64,000 nt of DNA from Yuukianura sp. NJ FZ-2021 (taxonomy: Eukaryota): contig CM102290.1 in assembly GCA_046563655.1 (NCBI GenBank), forward strand, positions 3,348,001 to 3,412,000, written 5' to 3'. Position numbers and translations under genes: made by a program. Shown here piece after piece: positions 23,101-36,486 of the stretch. Below the pieces are notes generated by a model, which saw only the letters and a program-made list of their open reading frames with translations, did no database searches and was not told the DNA's origin. Numbering within the stretch: the stretch's first letter is position 1; the number at the start of each line of letters is the position of its first letter.

Positions 23101-26100
23101 GGACCAATTGTCAACAGCGCTGAATTTCTGTCTTTGGACCGCTTGCTAATACTCGAGTATAATACTCCAGATTGGGACACACTAATTTTTACCACAGTCC
23201 TGAAAATCACAGTTAAATTTCAGCTCAATTTGGAAATATTCTTCATTTTAGAAATTTTGATTGCTTACTGTTGACTTGGAGCGACACCTTCCAAAAGTAC
23301 AATCATAGCTTGTCCACAGTGTCCAGTCATAGATAAGTCCACGGCTACTGGACGAAGCTTCTTCTTGTAAGAACTGGTTGCCTGAAGATTTAAAATTTCA
23401 GCCTCAAGCTTTAATCCACTGAGGGAAGCAAGTAGCCGCGTTCGCTGAATCCTGGCTACTCCAAAAATTGACAGACGCGGTGTTTCCAATGTTCCAGTCA
23501 AACCATCTCTCTTCTCAAGTGAACTCGTGGCATATGGTACGATGGGAGTTTCAGGAAATAAGAGGCCCTTCTCCATTTCATCAAAGTGATCTCTTCCATC
23601 AGAAAGTTTACTTGAATTGAGGCGTAGAGTGCGCGGGTGGAAGTTGTCGTGCTCTGATGAACGACTATTGATGACAGTTTTGGTTTCTGGTCTCGTGGCA
23701 TATAGATCCAGGAGATAGTAGATTGTCTTCCAGCAGTTAGGTGGGATTGTCACGGGAGTTTTCAAAACTGGTTCACTCAATGTTATCTGTTCAGGTTTTG
23801 TTCCGGTATTTCCTGGATCTGGAAATTCACTGCCACGAACTGAAGTAGGAGTTTGTGACGCACTGGAACTTCGCATTACACCGTCAATTATTACTCGGGG
23901 TCCTCCAACTAAAAATTTCAAAGTAGATATAATGCACTCCAAAATCAAATAATTTATCACAAAGGAGTTACCTCTAACAGATCTAAAGCGCTGAGCAAAA
24001 CTCTGGGTTCTGGAAGCTTTGGCAGTGGAAGTTGTGGTGCTCGGCGGTGCATTTGTAGCAGGAGTAGAAGCTGAAATGGAAATGGGAGGAATTGGGGGTT
24101 CCGTTTCGGTTGCCGACGGTTTCCGTTTTCTGCCTCCCGATTTTTGGTCTAAGTGAAGGTCAGAGCCTGATGAACTGCTGTTCTTGTGATTCAGATCCAA
24201 CTTGACCTTCTCCAATGGTCTCTGCTCTCTCAGCTCCAACTGTGTTTCTCGTACGTTTTGAATCATGGTAGTGATTTGGTGCAGAAGACGGAGCAAGGGC
24301 ATGTTCACCTTAAAAATAGTTTAATCAAGAATGAATCTCCAAAATAAGTTATCGTAATTAACTTTTATTGTGAGTTACCTGTTGCGAAATATAGTCAATA
24401 CTGACACTAAAAATGATTGCTCTCTTGGCCTGTTTCTTCCAATAGTTTCTGGAGAGATAGAATAAACTTTTTTTGTTCAAATTATCACGAGAAAGGTCAG
24501 CAGATTTTTGGAAATCCCCTTCCAGTCCGATTTTCTCGCACAGAAAGGCTGGCGTCTCTGGCGGAAGACTCAAGGCAAAACCAACTGAAATTGAAAAAAC
24601 ACAATTAATAAAACTGGAACTGTTTTTACATAATCATTTACCTACCAGAATTTTTGGACTTGACGCTTCCTCTCCCAACGCCCTTCCCTTCACTCTCCAC
24701 AATGTCAATTCGGAGGAGGTCAATCGCAGCCTTGATGGACATGTGTGACCCAAGATGTTCAAAGTTGTAACCGATGATTTGTTGCGGCATGAGGCCCAAG
24801 CTCGTCAACAAAGGCTTGAAGATCACATGCGCGTCAAGAAGCATAAGCGAAGGATGTTGTGGAAACTTGGAATGTGCTCCGAGAAGTAGACTTTCTTCGT
24901 GACTTTGTTCTGACATCAACGTTGATGTCCTAGGAACATTATTGACTTCATGTGGCTCACTCGTATTGTTCCAGTTTGCTACTTGTCTAATAATAGCAGA
25001 ATTTTGATCTCGTTTGTTTCCAGGCGTGCTTTTCCCAGATTCCGCTAGCGGAGCAATTTCGTCAACCGAGCTCGTGGACCAGTTGCCCGTGGCAATACTT
25101 CCAGCAGAGCCAAACCGAGATCTAAAATATCACACTCACAGCACACGATTCAAAGAGGTTAAAATATGTCTAATTGTTTCGTAGCCTTACTTGCGCATTT
25201 TGCCTGATCCCAAATTAAAAAACGGAAGAGCATTAGCAGATTTGGAAGATAGCGGGTAGCAGTCACTGGCACGTGTTGAACTAAGGACGGGTTGTATTGG
25301 AAGCATTTTCTACATAAAGAATTAATCACTCCATAAGCTCACATACTAATTTTGAAAGGAGTACAAAGAATGTCATTACGTTTGTATGATTTGGTCCCGA
25401 CATTTCGCTGAGAGACGATCCATTGCTTCCACGAGATCCTGTCAACAGAACAAACAGGAATTTTAATAACAACATAGCTAGAACCAGGAAAAAAACCTCT
25501 TAAAATGCTACATAATACCAAGTAAAACAAAATCTTTTTTAAATTAGCATTCTACGTGCAGCTTCACCAGAAGGCACGTTCAATCGCGTTGTCAAATTTT
25601 TTTGATGGGGAGGGTCCCCCCTCACCTTCATTTTCGAAAAGTGAAAAAAAATGACAAAGTGCAAAAACATGCTAAGACTGTTCCCACCAAAATTATTTTG
25701 TTTTGGCGGAAAACGATTGGAAATGGCTTAAAACATTGAAAAAAGTGAAATGCGGGGAAAAAAAATTTTTCGAAAAAGTTGTCAAAAAAAAAGTTTTTTT
25801 CTGGATCCGAAAAATTCTGGATCCAGTTTGAAAATTTCCAAAAAAATTTTCTTGGCTAAAACATCATTTTATAGTAAATATGTAGTAGTACGTTTTATAG
25901 TTAGTATAGTTTTAATTAAAAAAACTTTTTTTTTTTGCAAAAAAAGCGATTGGAAACAGCTTAAATCTTTTTTGTGGGAGAAAGCCTAAAACAGTTTGTA
26001 CTATCGGTATAAAGTGAAAACGATTATGCGTGGAGCACTTTCTCAAAGTACCCCAAAACTCATTCCTACACAAGGTGCTACATCGTGGGCTGCCAGCGTT

Positions 26101-29100
26101 TCACAATGCCCCGTAAAATCGTTTGAATACGAAGCTTTAGTTTTTCATTTAAAGTTTGCTGTCTACGAAACATAGCAAACTCAAAAACCTTCCAAATACT
26201 ATATGAGTCACGCTTAGGTTTAGAGAGAGACTGAGACACAAAGTCATGAATTACTTTACTCACTTTTGAATCTCATGGACTGCAGTGACACCGTTCCTGC
26301 TTCAATATCAAGAAGCGTTGCTCTCTCGTCCGTCGTCTCCTCAGCTGACATTTCACCATCAGATCCTGGACTCTCCTGCAGAAAACAAAACAATAAAAAT
26401 TACTCCATAAACATGACCACGACGTTATTTTCGTGGAACTTACTTCCTCACTTTGTGGCAAAGTAAAAGTAACCGTAAAGTTCTTGGATTTCTTCGACTT
26501 GAGATTATGTTCTAGCAGTAGGGGTGTGTAGAGAACATTTTTCCATTGGCGACTAAGAACAATGACTCCTTGTCGTAATGTTGAAAGCTGCGGAAGTCCT
26601 GGTTCAGCCACATTGGCTTCAATGTTTGCCCTTGGAGTCAGATTGATGTACCTCTGCAGGACGACACAGATTTGGCATGACGGATCGTCTTGAAGCGTTT
26701 TCGCCAACGGTGTGAGCATTAATCGGCTATACTTACTCTAGAATTACATTCAAATCGCATTAGGACTCATTTGTGGGGTACTTCAAATGCTGAATTCCAT
26801 TTTTGGAGAAACATCCATACCTTGGACGGTTGATGTATTGCTTGAATCTCGAGTGCCTCTGCCATTAGTGAAGCCAGTAGACCTGTAGCTCTCTTCGAAT
26901 GACCTTTGAACATTGATAGAATCCGGAGCGTAAGGTGATCGATTGGATTTAACCAAGCATTGATGGCGGTGGATGCCGTACTGACGAGATTCCAGTCAAC
27001 TCTAAAAACAACAACAATTTTTGTTAAAATCAACGAATGGAACTGCTTCGTAATGTTAATTGTTCTTAGATATTTTTTACCTAGTGTAATCAATCTTTCT
27101 TGTGATTGGAGCTTGAGGCGGTGCCGCGAAGTTGTACCACATTCGATTCAACTGAATCACACAAGAAACGCTCGGAGGCCCAGGTTTCTTGTCCAGAGGC
27201 CTCTTCTTGTCTTTCTCTTCTTCTGGAGGTTTGAAGTAACTCTCATCCCTCCGGAGGGTGGCCTCATCTTCTGGAAGGTTATTTGCAGACTCGTCGTCTA
27301 ATCCCACCGGAGTTCCTTCTTTGCTTTCATCCTTGCAAAATCCCTTGTTCTCATTTTCCAGGATGGTAGTGCCACCGTCCGAACTTAGATTTTGAGTTGA
27401 CCCCTTGTCTTGTGTATAGTTGTAGCTTTCATTGCAAAGTGTGATGCTTCCACCTTCTTCTTCTTTCTCGTCAACCTTTTGCGCAATTTCTGCGTCTTTG
27501 ACTCCCTGCAAAGCACAATGGGTTAGTTAGTTGAAAATCAGAGTTGAATTCAACCGTGCTTACAAATTACTATCGCTGGTAACCTAACCTGAAAAACGCA
27601 GTCTTGTTTTTCCACTGTTCGATTAGCGAAAAAAACGGACGTTTTTGCAAAAATCTCACATAGCCCCACCCGCATTCGGGATTGTTTTAACAATATAAAT
27701 TCCCAAGTTTAAAATGTTTCAAATTAAGTTGAGAAATGACGTTTAAAAAACTGAGAAGTCCAGAACGTTTTCTGCTTTTTTAAAATTTAGCTTTAAAGTC
27801 ATTTTAAACATTTTTTACTTTTAGTTAATTACCTTCTTTTGTTGTTCAAACAATTTCGAATGGGGTTGGGGTGATGTGAGATTTTTGCACAAACGTTCTG
27901 TTTTTCGCTGATCGCTTAGTTGAAAAACACCAAGGTTTTTTTCAGGTTAGGTTGCCAGGGACTAACGTAAGTCAACATGTTGTACTGACCTTCAACGAGA
28001 TACCTTCGATTCCACACTCACACATTATGAATCCCAACTTTTCATCTGGACATTTTCCAGATTGTGGTGGTTGGGGTGGCTCTTTTCCATCATCCCCTAC
28101 GCAACTGGCAAGCGGGTCGCCGTTGAGTTGTCTGGAATCCTCTGTCATGGAAACCAAAATTGAGGTGGAATCTCTCGACGTTTCGGACAAACTTCCTTTC
28201 ATGTCCTGCAATCCACTTGGGATTTTAGCAAAACGAAACAGAACCTGAATTCAAAGAAACCAAATTGAGTCAATACCGAGTTCAATCACCTATGAAAGAT
28301 CTTCCCTTACTTTGGAATGTTGGTTTGGAATGGCTGTAATTACTGCTTCTCTCAAGATAGAGCTGTCATTTTTTAACCTAAAACCAGAGAAACGTCAAAA
28401 TAAATCCACATGCAAAGCTAAATGTCTTCGTAATTAGTAATTTCATGGTAGTTAATGACTAATCGGAAATGTAAAACTATCAGATTCCTCCACTCAATCC
28501 GAAGGAGACAGAAATAGGGGCAATGTGAGATTCATGTTTCAAAGCCCCATGTTACTGCTGCCTATCTTGTCAATATGGTCGACACAACCAAAACAGAAAA
28601 TAAAGAGGAAAGACGTACCGTCTTAACTGCGCATGAACACGATTAATACTGACTGTCGTGGATATGAGTTCAGACTGCTTCTCTGAATTCTCTATAAACA
28701 CGGGTTCTGCCAACATGGAGTCACTTGTAGACACTTTACTCTTCCTCTTCTTCTGAGTTTTGGGTTGAATCGAGGGGCGATACAGAACTTGAACAGATTT
28801 CTTCGTCTGCTCATTGAATGAAAAGCAAATTCGTGTTTGTTCAATAGCCAAGGCCAAGAGAGAAACGCACATCAGGTCACGTATATTGTCCAAAGCGGAA
28901 AACGAAATTACTTCCTCCACCACACTTGCTTGAAGAAGGGTTATATTAATCTAGAAACAAATCGCCAAAAATTTTAACTCAAAATCACAATTAAGCAAAT
29001 CGAAATTTTGATTAGCATCTCAAACTTACCTTTGGAATGGTAACTGAACCTTGGATTCCTCGTTGCGTAACTTCTTCAAAAATATTGGAATGAACAGGGC

Positions 29101-32100
29101 TCATCTCCTCTGCACGTACTGCCGTATTCCTCTTGCTATTTTGAATCTTGGTAAGAAGGATTGACTTCTCTTTTTTGAGTAAATTAGCACTAACAACTCG
29201 TGAAATGCAGGAAGCATGCAAGTGATTAACTACGGTAAGAGGATGAAGGGAAGACAAAGTTGGCGTTAGAGCTTCGATAAACCTGCGATGGAACAAAACA
29301 GATCAAAAACTAGTTTTAGTAGTGGCCAATACATGACTTACTTTTGTAGTGCCTCTAGAAGCATAGGTGAGACCATGATGTTGATGTCGTTCTTTGTTCG
29401 AATGATGATGGTTGTGCACTCGGTAGAGATACTAGAAGTGACTGAGTCGGTGAAGGAGCTAAAAATGGTGCGATAAAATTCCTCTTCCGTGCTTTCTTCA
29501 AACTTGCTTCCATCTGGATGTGGGAAATGGGCTCCAGTTCCAGTGGGCGTGTCCCAAAAGTGGGTTTGAGACGGGGTATTAACTCCGGATTCTGAAGATG
29601 AAGTTTTTTCAGTATCCACACCACCATTGGCGTCTACCATTGCCAAAGTTGTGAATCCGTCGACGAGATGGTCGAAATGTGGAGTATACTTCGACCCTGC
29701 GTAGACTAGTTTTCCATCGGAAGCTTTAACGAATGGAGCAAGGCCCACTGGATCTGACGTCACCGCAGGGGCGGAAACGTGCCAGTTATCACATTTGAGC
29801 TACATACAAAAATTAAAAGCATTACTTTAATCTATACTTCGTCAAACATAGGTTCTAAATGAGAATCGTAGCTCACCTGAGTCAAGTGACTCATGTAGCA
29901 GGGCATTAGAAGGGAAGATTCAGCAATTGGTTTGTTCAAATGACCCTGTAAATTCACCATACACTCCTCCTGAGCAGATAGTGCCGAAATGAATGACACG
30001 TCTGAGAGGGAATCCAATGAATTTAAGCTTGCTGTCGCCCACATCTGAAAAAATATATTCATTTCCGGAACGTGTTTCACTTTAAATGTGAGTAGTTCAT
30101 ATTGGATAAGATTCTTAACCTTCTTCCCACCAATCGTATCCTCTTCAAATATGTCTTCAGATACCACACTTTCTCTTCTCGCGGCATGTTGACGACTCCG
30201 CTGTGTGATAATGTCAGACTCTTCTGAAAGTGGTGCAGTAATTTCATCCGCAGACTGAAAATAGTCCACTGCCAACTTCGAGTCTGAGCAAGAGGATTTG
30301 TTAGCTCCAATTGTAAGCGTACTAGGTGGCATTGCTGGTCTCTTCTCATCTTCAATGTTGAGTTGCGAATCACTGGCCTGACTGATTGGATCCATCACTT
30401 TCGCCTGCCGCTTCAGAGACTGGTTTGGATGAGACGAACGTCGGCTCTGGAAGAACATTTTAAAGTCAATCACTGTTAATTGGCAAAGTAATACCAAAGC
30501 AACATTAATTTTATCACACCTTCACTGATTGAAGCGTTGATCCGTAGTTGCTCATTCTATCGGATCGTGTTGTGGTGGAAGGAGCCGACGACGATGTATG
30601 ACTTAGGTCAGCTAAAAGCGACGGTTTGAATGTAAGCGGAGCCTTAAGGGACTTTGTGAGACTGCCGTCCCTCCATTCCGAATGTAGCTCCAACAAGGAC
30701 ACCCCTTGCGTTGTATACGGCGGCGTATCAAAAACTAAAACTGATGGTTTCAAAATACTCTGACCAAATCCATAGTCTTCTCCTTGTTTGTTTACACTGC
30801 ATTAAAAAGTTGAAAAACAGTTGACCTTTTGATCGACATTTCATGCTTATGATTACTACTTACCGAAAACAAGCCACGTTGACCCCGTCCACCCAATCTT
30901 TTCGACTTGGCCAAAAGAAACGTGTCCCACTAGCATTACTGCCGAAAAATTTTGAACCACCTACGCAGGCACATTTGGCACTTGTGACATCCGACTTCGA
31001 ACGTGTTGAATCTACCGAAGGTTTTCTTGAACTATCTTGGCCTTTTCTCCATAAGAAGGTAAGCCGCTTTGTTCGCCGATCACATTTGATTAAAAACCTA
31101 AAACAAAAATTCATTAATCATCAAGAACAGAGATGTCTGTCACGTTCAGTATCGCTTTATCTTCCACTCAGCACTTACTCATTTTGTGTTTCGAATGCTT
31201 TTGCTGAGCCTTTGAGAGCCATTTCGATACATAGTGGACCCAGGGCAACAGCTCCTGCTTCAAGCCACAAATAAGCCCATGACCGTGCTGTTGTAGATAC
31301 CGGGCTTTGTGGTACCGACGTATTTGTCTCCAGCTTCGACGTCCAACTAAATGGTAAAAAGACAGAGAAATTGCTCATTGGGGCTTGGTGAGAAATACGA
31401 ACCGAACCACGTGTACGAAACTAAAAAAAATCATTCACCTCGCAGTCATCGTTTCTGAAGAAGATTGAATGTTGTTGAGGTCTGAGAACTGGAATCGTTT
31501 AGTAAAAGAAGGATTGACCATAACAAAATGCCTTAGTTGCACATTCGGAACAAGCAGCGTAAATCCCTCCTTCATCACAGCTCCATGTAGATTGCATAGT
31601 GCACAACGAATGGGAGAAACCTATAGATCACATCATATTATTCATATGGTAATAATCAAATAAACCATTTATTAACTAATATTAATTAATATTAAATTAT
31701 AATTAAAACAAACATTGGCTGGCTTTAACTTCAGTGAAAGGTTTCACTAAAAGTAAGAATTCCCATGCACAGTGTCTAAAGATGGGGTACTGTGAGACAT
31801 GCTCTCTTTCTAATATTAGACGCTACATGAAACACAGTTTCGTATATTACCCCCATTATTCCCACTCAAAAAATAGACATAGTGGTATATGGCGACGCAG
31901 GACATAATAAATTAACTTCCATCGATCGATGTTGACAAGCAGTAAAGAGAAATCTTACCCAAAGACTTAGCGCAGTCCCAGCTTCAACCAAATAGATATC
32001 AATCGCATCCACACTAACACGAACCATTTTGTACTTGATGTCTTCAGCAGTTGGACAAATCGTGAGAAGCCGTTGATCAGATGGTTCTAGGATTACTGGA

Positions 32101-35100
32101 TTCGGAGGTGAGCTTGGTCGTCCTATGAAGGAACCTCCAACACTGCACGTCAACGTTCCAAAGTTTTCAATTGGGCAGTCAAATTGATTATTTCCGTGAT
32201 AACACAGCAAGAAGGAGTTAGGCGACCGAAGTGAGTTCTCCATGTCAAGGGCCAACAGAAAGAACGTCTCACAGCCGGTAACAATGTTCTCAAGATGAGG
32301 AGCAGAAAGTCGGCCACTCAGCTTACCGACAAGAATTTCAATGAGCCAGGCGTATTCCAGCGTCTCTTCCTCTAGCATTCTACCTTCGTTCGTAAACATT
32401 GCATGGCCGCGAATCTAAATAAAAAGAGGAAGCAGTATTCAATTATACTAGATGACTGGTAGTTCATGAAAAACTACTGAAATGTTCAATAAAGATACAC
32501 TACAAATACTTACCTGAAGTCCAGAGAGCATGAGGTATCCTTCCCTAAGATGCTGATCACCGTTTTCTGGTCTATCGACATTGTCTCTCACAATTAGCGT
32601 GATAGGAGAAAGAAGAACTTGCAGAATTGTTTCTTCATATTTCTTATCCATTTCAAATCCGAATCTCTCAACGCAAATAGTAGGGCACGGTGGATCTTGT
32701 TCATTACAATTCTAGAACATTGATCAGAAACACTTAACACCATGACGATGACACAATAGACAAAGAATGGATGCTGCTCTTGATACCGTTACCTTCAACA
32801 AGTGACCCCTGACGTCATGTAATGTGGCAGAGACTGTGACTTCTAGAGGACGATACACTCTGGGGTCAAATTCTTCCCTCTTTTTCGACAAGGAAGGATT
32901 GCTGGCCTTGTACGTATAACCGTTACTGAACGCGCCCTTGATTTTTTCCATGTCCATGAAATCTTGATGGTCTCCAAATACGTTTTCCTGATGCAAATTA
33001 GGCAAAATGTGTCAAATGTGCTAAGGTAGTCCAGTAAGGTTAGCATACGAATAATCGTCATTGAATACAGACTGTATAATACTATATTCTTAGATCCCAA
33101 ATTATCGAACGTACCTTTAAATTTATAATCAGGGCAAGAAGAGAACCATACAACATCAGCACTGATGGGCCAACTTCGAGCTCCACTTGTACTTTGTCAG
33201 GGGTCAGTGATAGGGGATCCCGATATTGATGTCTTGCATTCTAATAAGAAACTCTTATTAATACGTGTTCATCTGTGTCAAAATACCTATCTCCTAAAAA
33301 TCACGTTGTAGATCAGCTGAGATGAGGTGTTCGCGGCAAAAATGGAAACAACAAGTCAGAGAGAACCGACGTTTTTCAAACGTCCATTTCTCTCTGACTT
33401 TCTTAAAATTCCTTAAATTTCCCGCACAAAATTGCAACATACATTCGCAGATGGTTTTTTAACGACATTGACAAAATTCAGTTGAACAGTATCACGAACC
33501 GCGCTAGAAGAGAACAGCGCTGTAGTACTCACCTTCTGCGGTATATCTTTCTCATCCGGCATTCTCAGATGCTGCAGAAGAATTTCTTCTTTCTCTGGAG
33601 TTGGAACGTCCGCCTGTGGACTTGGTCCAAGCGGTGGAATGGGATGATAAGTGAAGGCAATACTCACAGCACATATTGGAACCGACCAGCATTCGATCCA
33701 TCCATTGCTTAGGAAATTCACAGTTTGTTGTGAATTAGAACGCAGTAATAAAATATATGAAAAAATAACTTGGGGTAGAGCCGTACCTGGCCTGGATTAC
33801 GTTTCTCCACTTTCGTACTTTCCCGCGTTGACTGCCCGTGAGGTCCGTAGCACTTTCAGTAGGAAGCAAATTGGTTCGTATCGTCCCATCACGATTTCGC
33901 ACTTTGGCATTCCGAATGAGTGACTGAAGAGTTACATAGGCAGTACTTACTTCCGGAACATAAAAATTTAAATCTCCACATTCAACTTGAATCCAAAATT
34001 TAAACAGCACCGTTTCAGGCAGAAATTCGTCAAATGGCAAAGAGAAGGACAACTCAAAGAGTTCACCACAGGCACCAATCAAAGCTGAAAAAAAAATAAA
34101 GTTCTTCAGATCAATGCTATTTTCCCCATTTTGTAAGGAAACAATATACTAAACTGTTTTCATGATGTTGGGAAGAGCAATCGATCCAATTGTACTCGTT
34201 TGTAGTAGTGATTAATTCAAATTCCTTGAGGCAAAAATCGATTTTCCAAGTGTAGGGTACAAAGTGTAGTAGATCAGGTGGAGTTCGGCTCGACCAATCG
34301 TTGATCAATGCTAATAGAAAGATAATGTATTAGTAATAAGTGAAAGCGAGTTAGTTGCAAATTGAGTCTATTTTGCAGCAACTGTAAAATTCTTACCTTG
34401 GAAAAACCATTTGTGAGCATAGATGAGATAAGCTGTTGCCTTACAACCTGTTAGATTAATTGACCACTCCTGATGGTCGTTCCAGTTGAGGGGATATTGA
34501 GATACGACATTAAACTGAAGCGTTTCACTCACAACCAAATCGCGAAACTATTTGATCAAATCAAGTCAAATTGTAAGTACAGAAACATAATTCCGTCAAA
34601 ATTATTTCTAAAACGAAATACCTGAAGACTAGTTGAAGCTTCCAAGTGCAGAAGCTGCCCAGTGATAGTAGTTGCATAACCGTCGGAATGAACGACCCAA
34701 GGAATTGTTACTTCCAGGTATGATCCTGGACCAACATTCATGTGAACTGCATTTGTTTCCTACAACAAATAAAACATATTTTAATACAATATATTAAAGA
34801 AAATTAACAATAATTGTTTCAATGGAACCTCATCCTTGGAAAAGAGAATGTCTACAGTTGCATCAGTGAGGGTGGAGAGACGAATGTCGAAAGATTGGAT
34901 TTGTCGCTCTTCTCCTGGAGCTGGAGGACTTGATTTTTTTAAAGGCTGATAATCTTGTGGAAAAAATACTTTGAACAATGCTTCTCGCTGCCGATCTGCC
35001 CATGGACCATAGCTGAAGTCCGTTCCCTTGCCACACTAAGGCAGAAAAAAAATTATTCAGAAAAATTTTAGGCAGTACATAATAGAACTAATAGTTTCAG

Positions 35101-36486
35101 CAACGTTTACCTTAATGTCGATTCCCCAAATGGGGGGATTTGCTTCTACAAGATCACCGTTGGCTAGTTGGAGCATTTGAGGTTCATTGGGAACAACTCC
35201 TACACAAATTCAATGAATTTTTATAAAACTGTACTGACTAAGGTGAGACATTCGCAAGAATACTAGTAAGAATGCACTTCGAACCTGGTTCATCCATGTA
35301 GTAATAAAATTCTATTTTGTTGGAAGTGACCACCCCAAAACCTTCACCCATAAGCCGCGGTGGATCGTCCTTCAGTCCAGTGTATTTTGGACTTGGACTT
35401 AGCATTACCTAAAGCAAAAGCAAAGCTCCACACTCAGAAACAAAACAAGTTAGAATAAAAGAAGAAGTCACCTTAAAATTCTCAGCCTTTGATTTAACGA
35501 TGTGCATAAAGTGATCCAATTTGGAAGCAGCCGGTTTTGTTGTGTAAATCAAATGAGCCTCTTCAACGACGATCGCAAGAGTGTAAGGAGACAATGAATT
35601 ACCGAAAACGACTCGGCCCTAAAAACAACAACACATCAACCTCAATATTTGGTTACTAAAGGATTCACTGAAACGTTCATGATGTCTTACGCTGCATAGT
35701 TCTAACTTGATCACTGGGATGAGATCTCGCCAAGAGTATCCTACAGCTGAAGGGGGTTTTGGATGAGATTTCCCTCCTGTTTCTGGCCCTTTCCCATACT
35801 GTTTGCTAGTGCTTGGAATTATTAGCGGATCTAGGCCAAAGAGCTTCTCAAGTCTTGAGTACAACTCGGATCGATTATACAAGTGGTACTCAAACCCATT
35901 GAGTAGTATTGACAGGCGAGTATCGGAATGTGAAAAATCTGAAAACCAAACAAGAGGCGCTCCAAACATGAAAATATCGATGAAAATTATTCGTTTTTAC
36001 CTTCTGAAATGTCTTTAGGAACGTAAACCCTCCACCATCTAAAAATAATCCAACCATCCTGCACTCGATATGTACAGTCCTCTGTAATGAACGCAACATC
36101 TCGAAACATCACTTTTCCGGACAGAACCGATAACGAAACGGAACCTACAAGCAATTAAATTACTGTTATTCATAACTCTGATACTTTATAAATAACGTTG
36201 TAGAGCTAAACATACCGATATTAATGTATCCAGATTTTACAAATCGGTTCACAAACTTCGTCACGAATAGTCCAGTCACGCGTGAGCTATAAAAGGTTAT
36301 GTAAACAATCCAACAGATGCCACAGAATAATGAAAAAAGGAGCCATGCTGTATTGCGATTGAAGAGCCGGATGACATCGTCGAACGAATTGACATTTTCA
36401 ATCGTTTCCGGTGGTTGTTGAGTTGTCTCTTCCACCGTGCCAAAGGTAGAGCTAGTAACATTATCGACAAGGGCGACTAGAAACAT
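14177..36486 (-). CDS. BLTP1: Bridge-like lipid transfer protein 1 (tweek/KIAA1109); very large multi-exon gene
   Basis: N-terminal membrane anchor and Csf1-like start (WLLFSLFCGICWIVYITFYSSRVTGLFV...SVSLSVLSGKVMFRDVAFITED...DGWIIFRWW, NGFEYHLYNRSELYSRLEKLFG). Internal motifs DWSSRTPPDLLHFVPYTW, ETLEYAWLIEI, EHCLTTDLLNHLVFVQKVFMREVNEVV, VDKAILVWLNYKNAYEYWNEQR, FKYDMRRLTEILAFPKAWYRRSIVRRLFLGD. C-terminal SWAGKSIEPYGVDYILHKLGFSHARTTIPKWMQRGFMDPLDK. Dozens of short GT-AG introns; individual exons not all enumerated. Confidence 0.95.
25545..26065 (+). mobile_element. Intronic insertion resembling a Helentron-associated (HINE/DINE-1-like) non-autonomous element
   Basis: Lies in an unusually long BLTP1 intron. 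It has a 5' stem-loop (acgtgc-agcttc-acca-gaag-gcacgt, 25554-25579), internal degenerate repeats (aaaacgattggaaatggcttaaa / aaaagcgattggaaacagcttaaa) and a 3' stem-loop (gcacttt-ctc-aaagtac, about 26035-26051). The class assignment is inferred. Confidence 0.4.
27570..27964. mobile_element. MITE with ~100-bp imperfect terminal inverted repeats, in a BLTP1 intron
   Basis: Left arm ctggtaacctaacctgaaaaa...cgattagcgaaaaaaacggacgtttttgcaaaaatctcacatagccccacccgcattcg. The reverse complement of the right arm is ctggcaacctaacctgaaaaa...cgatcagcgaaaaacagaacgtttgtgcaaaaatctcacatcaccccaaccccattcg. No coding capacity. Confidence 0.8.
31768..31884. repeat. ~117-bp nested foldback (MITE-like hairpin) in a BLTP1 intron
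   Basis: Nested inverted pairs: cacagtgtcta/tagacatagtg, atggggta/tacccccat and actgtgagacatg/catgaaacacagt, around a central palindrome tctaatattaga. Confidence 0.55.

Noticed and set aside
14600..36100. Numerous plus-strand and off-frame ORFs across BLTP1 (also across TRMT9B and pasi2)
   Set aside because: They are antisense or alternate-frame shadows of real exons with no independent protein signature.
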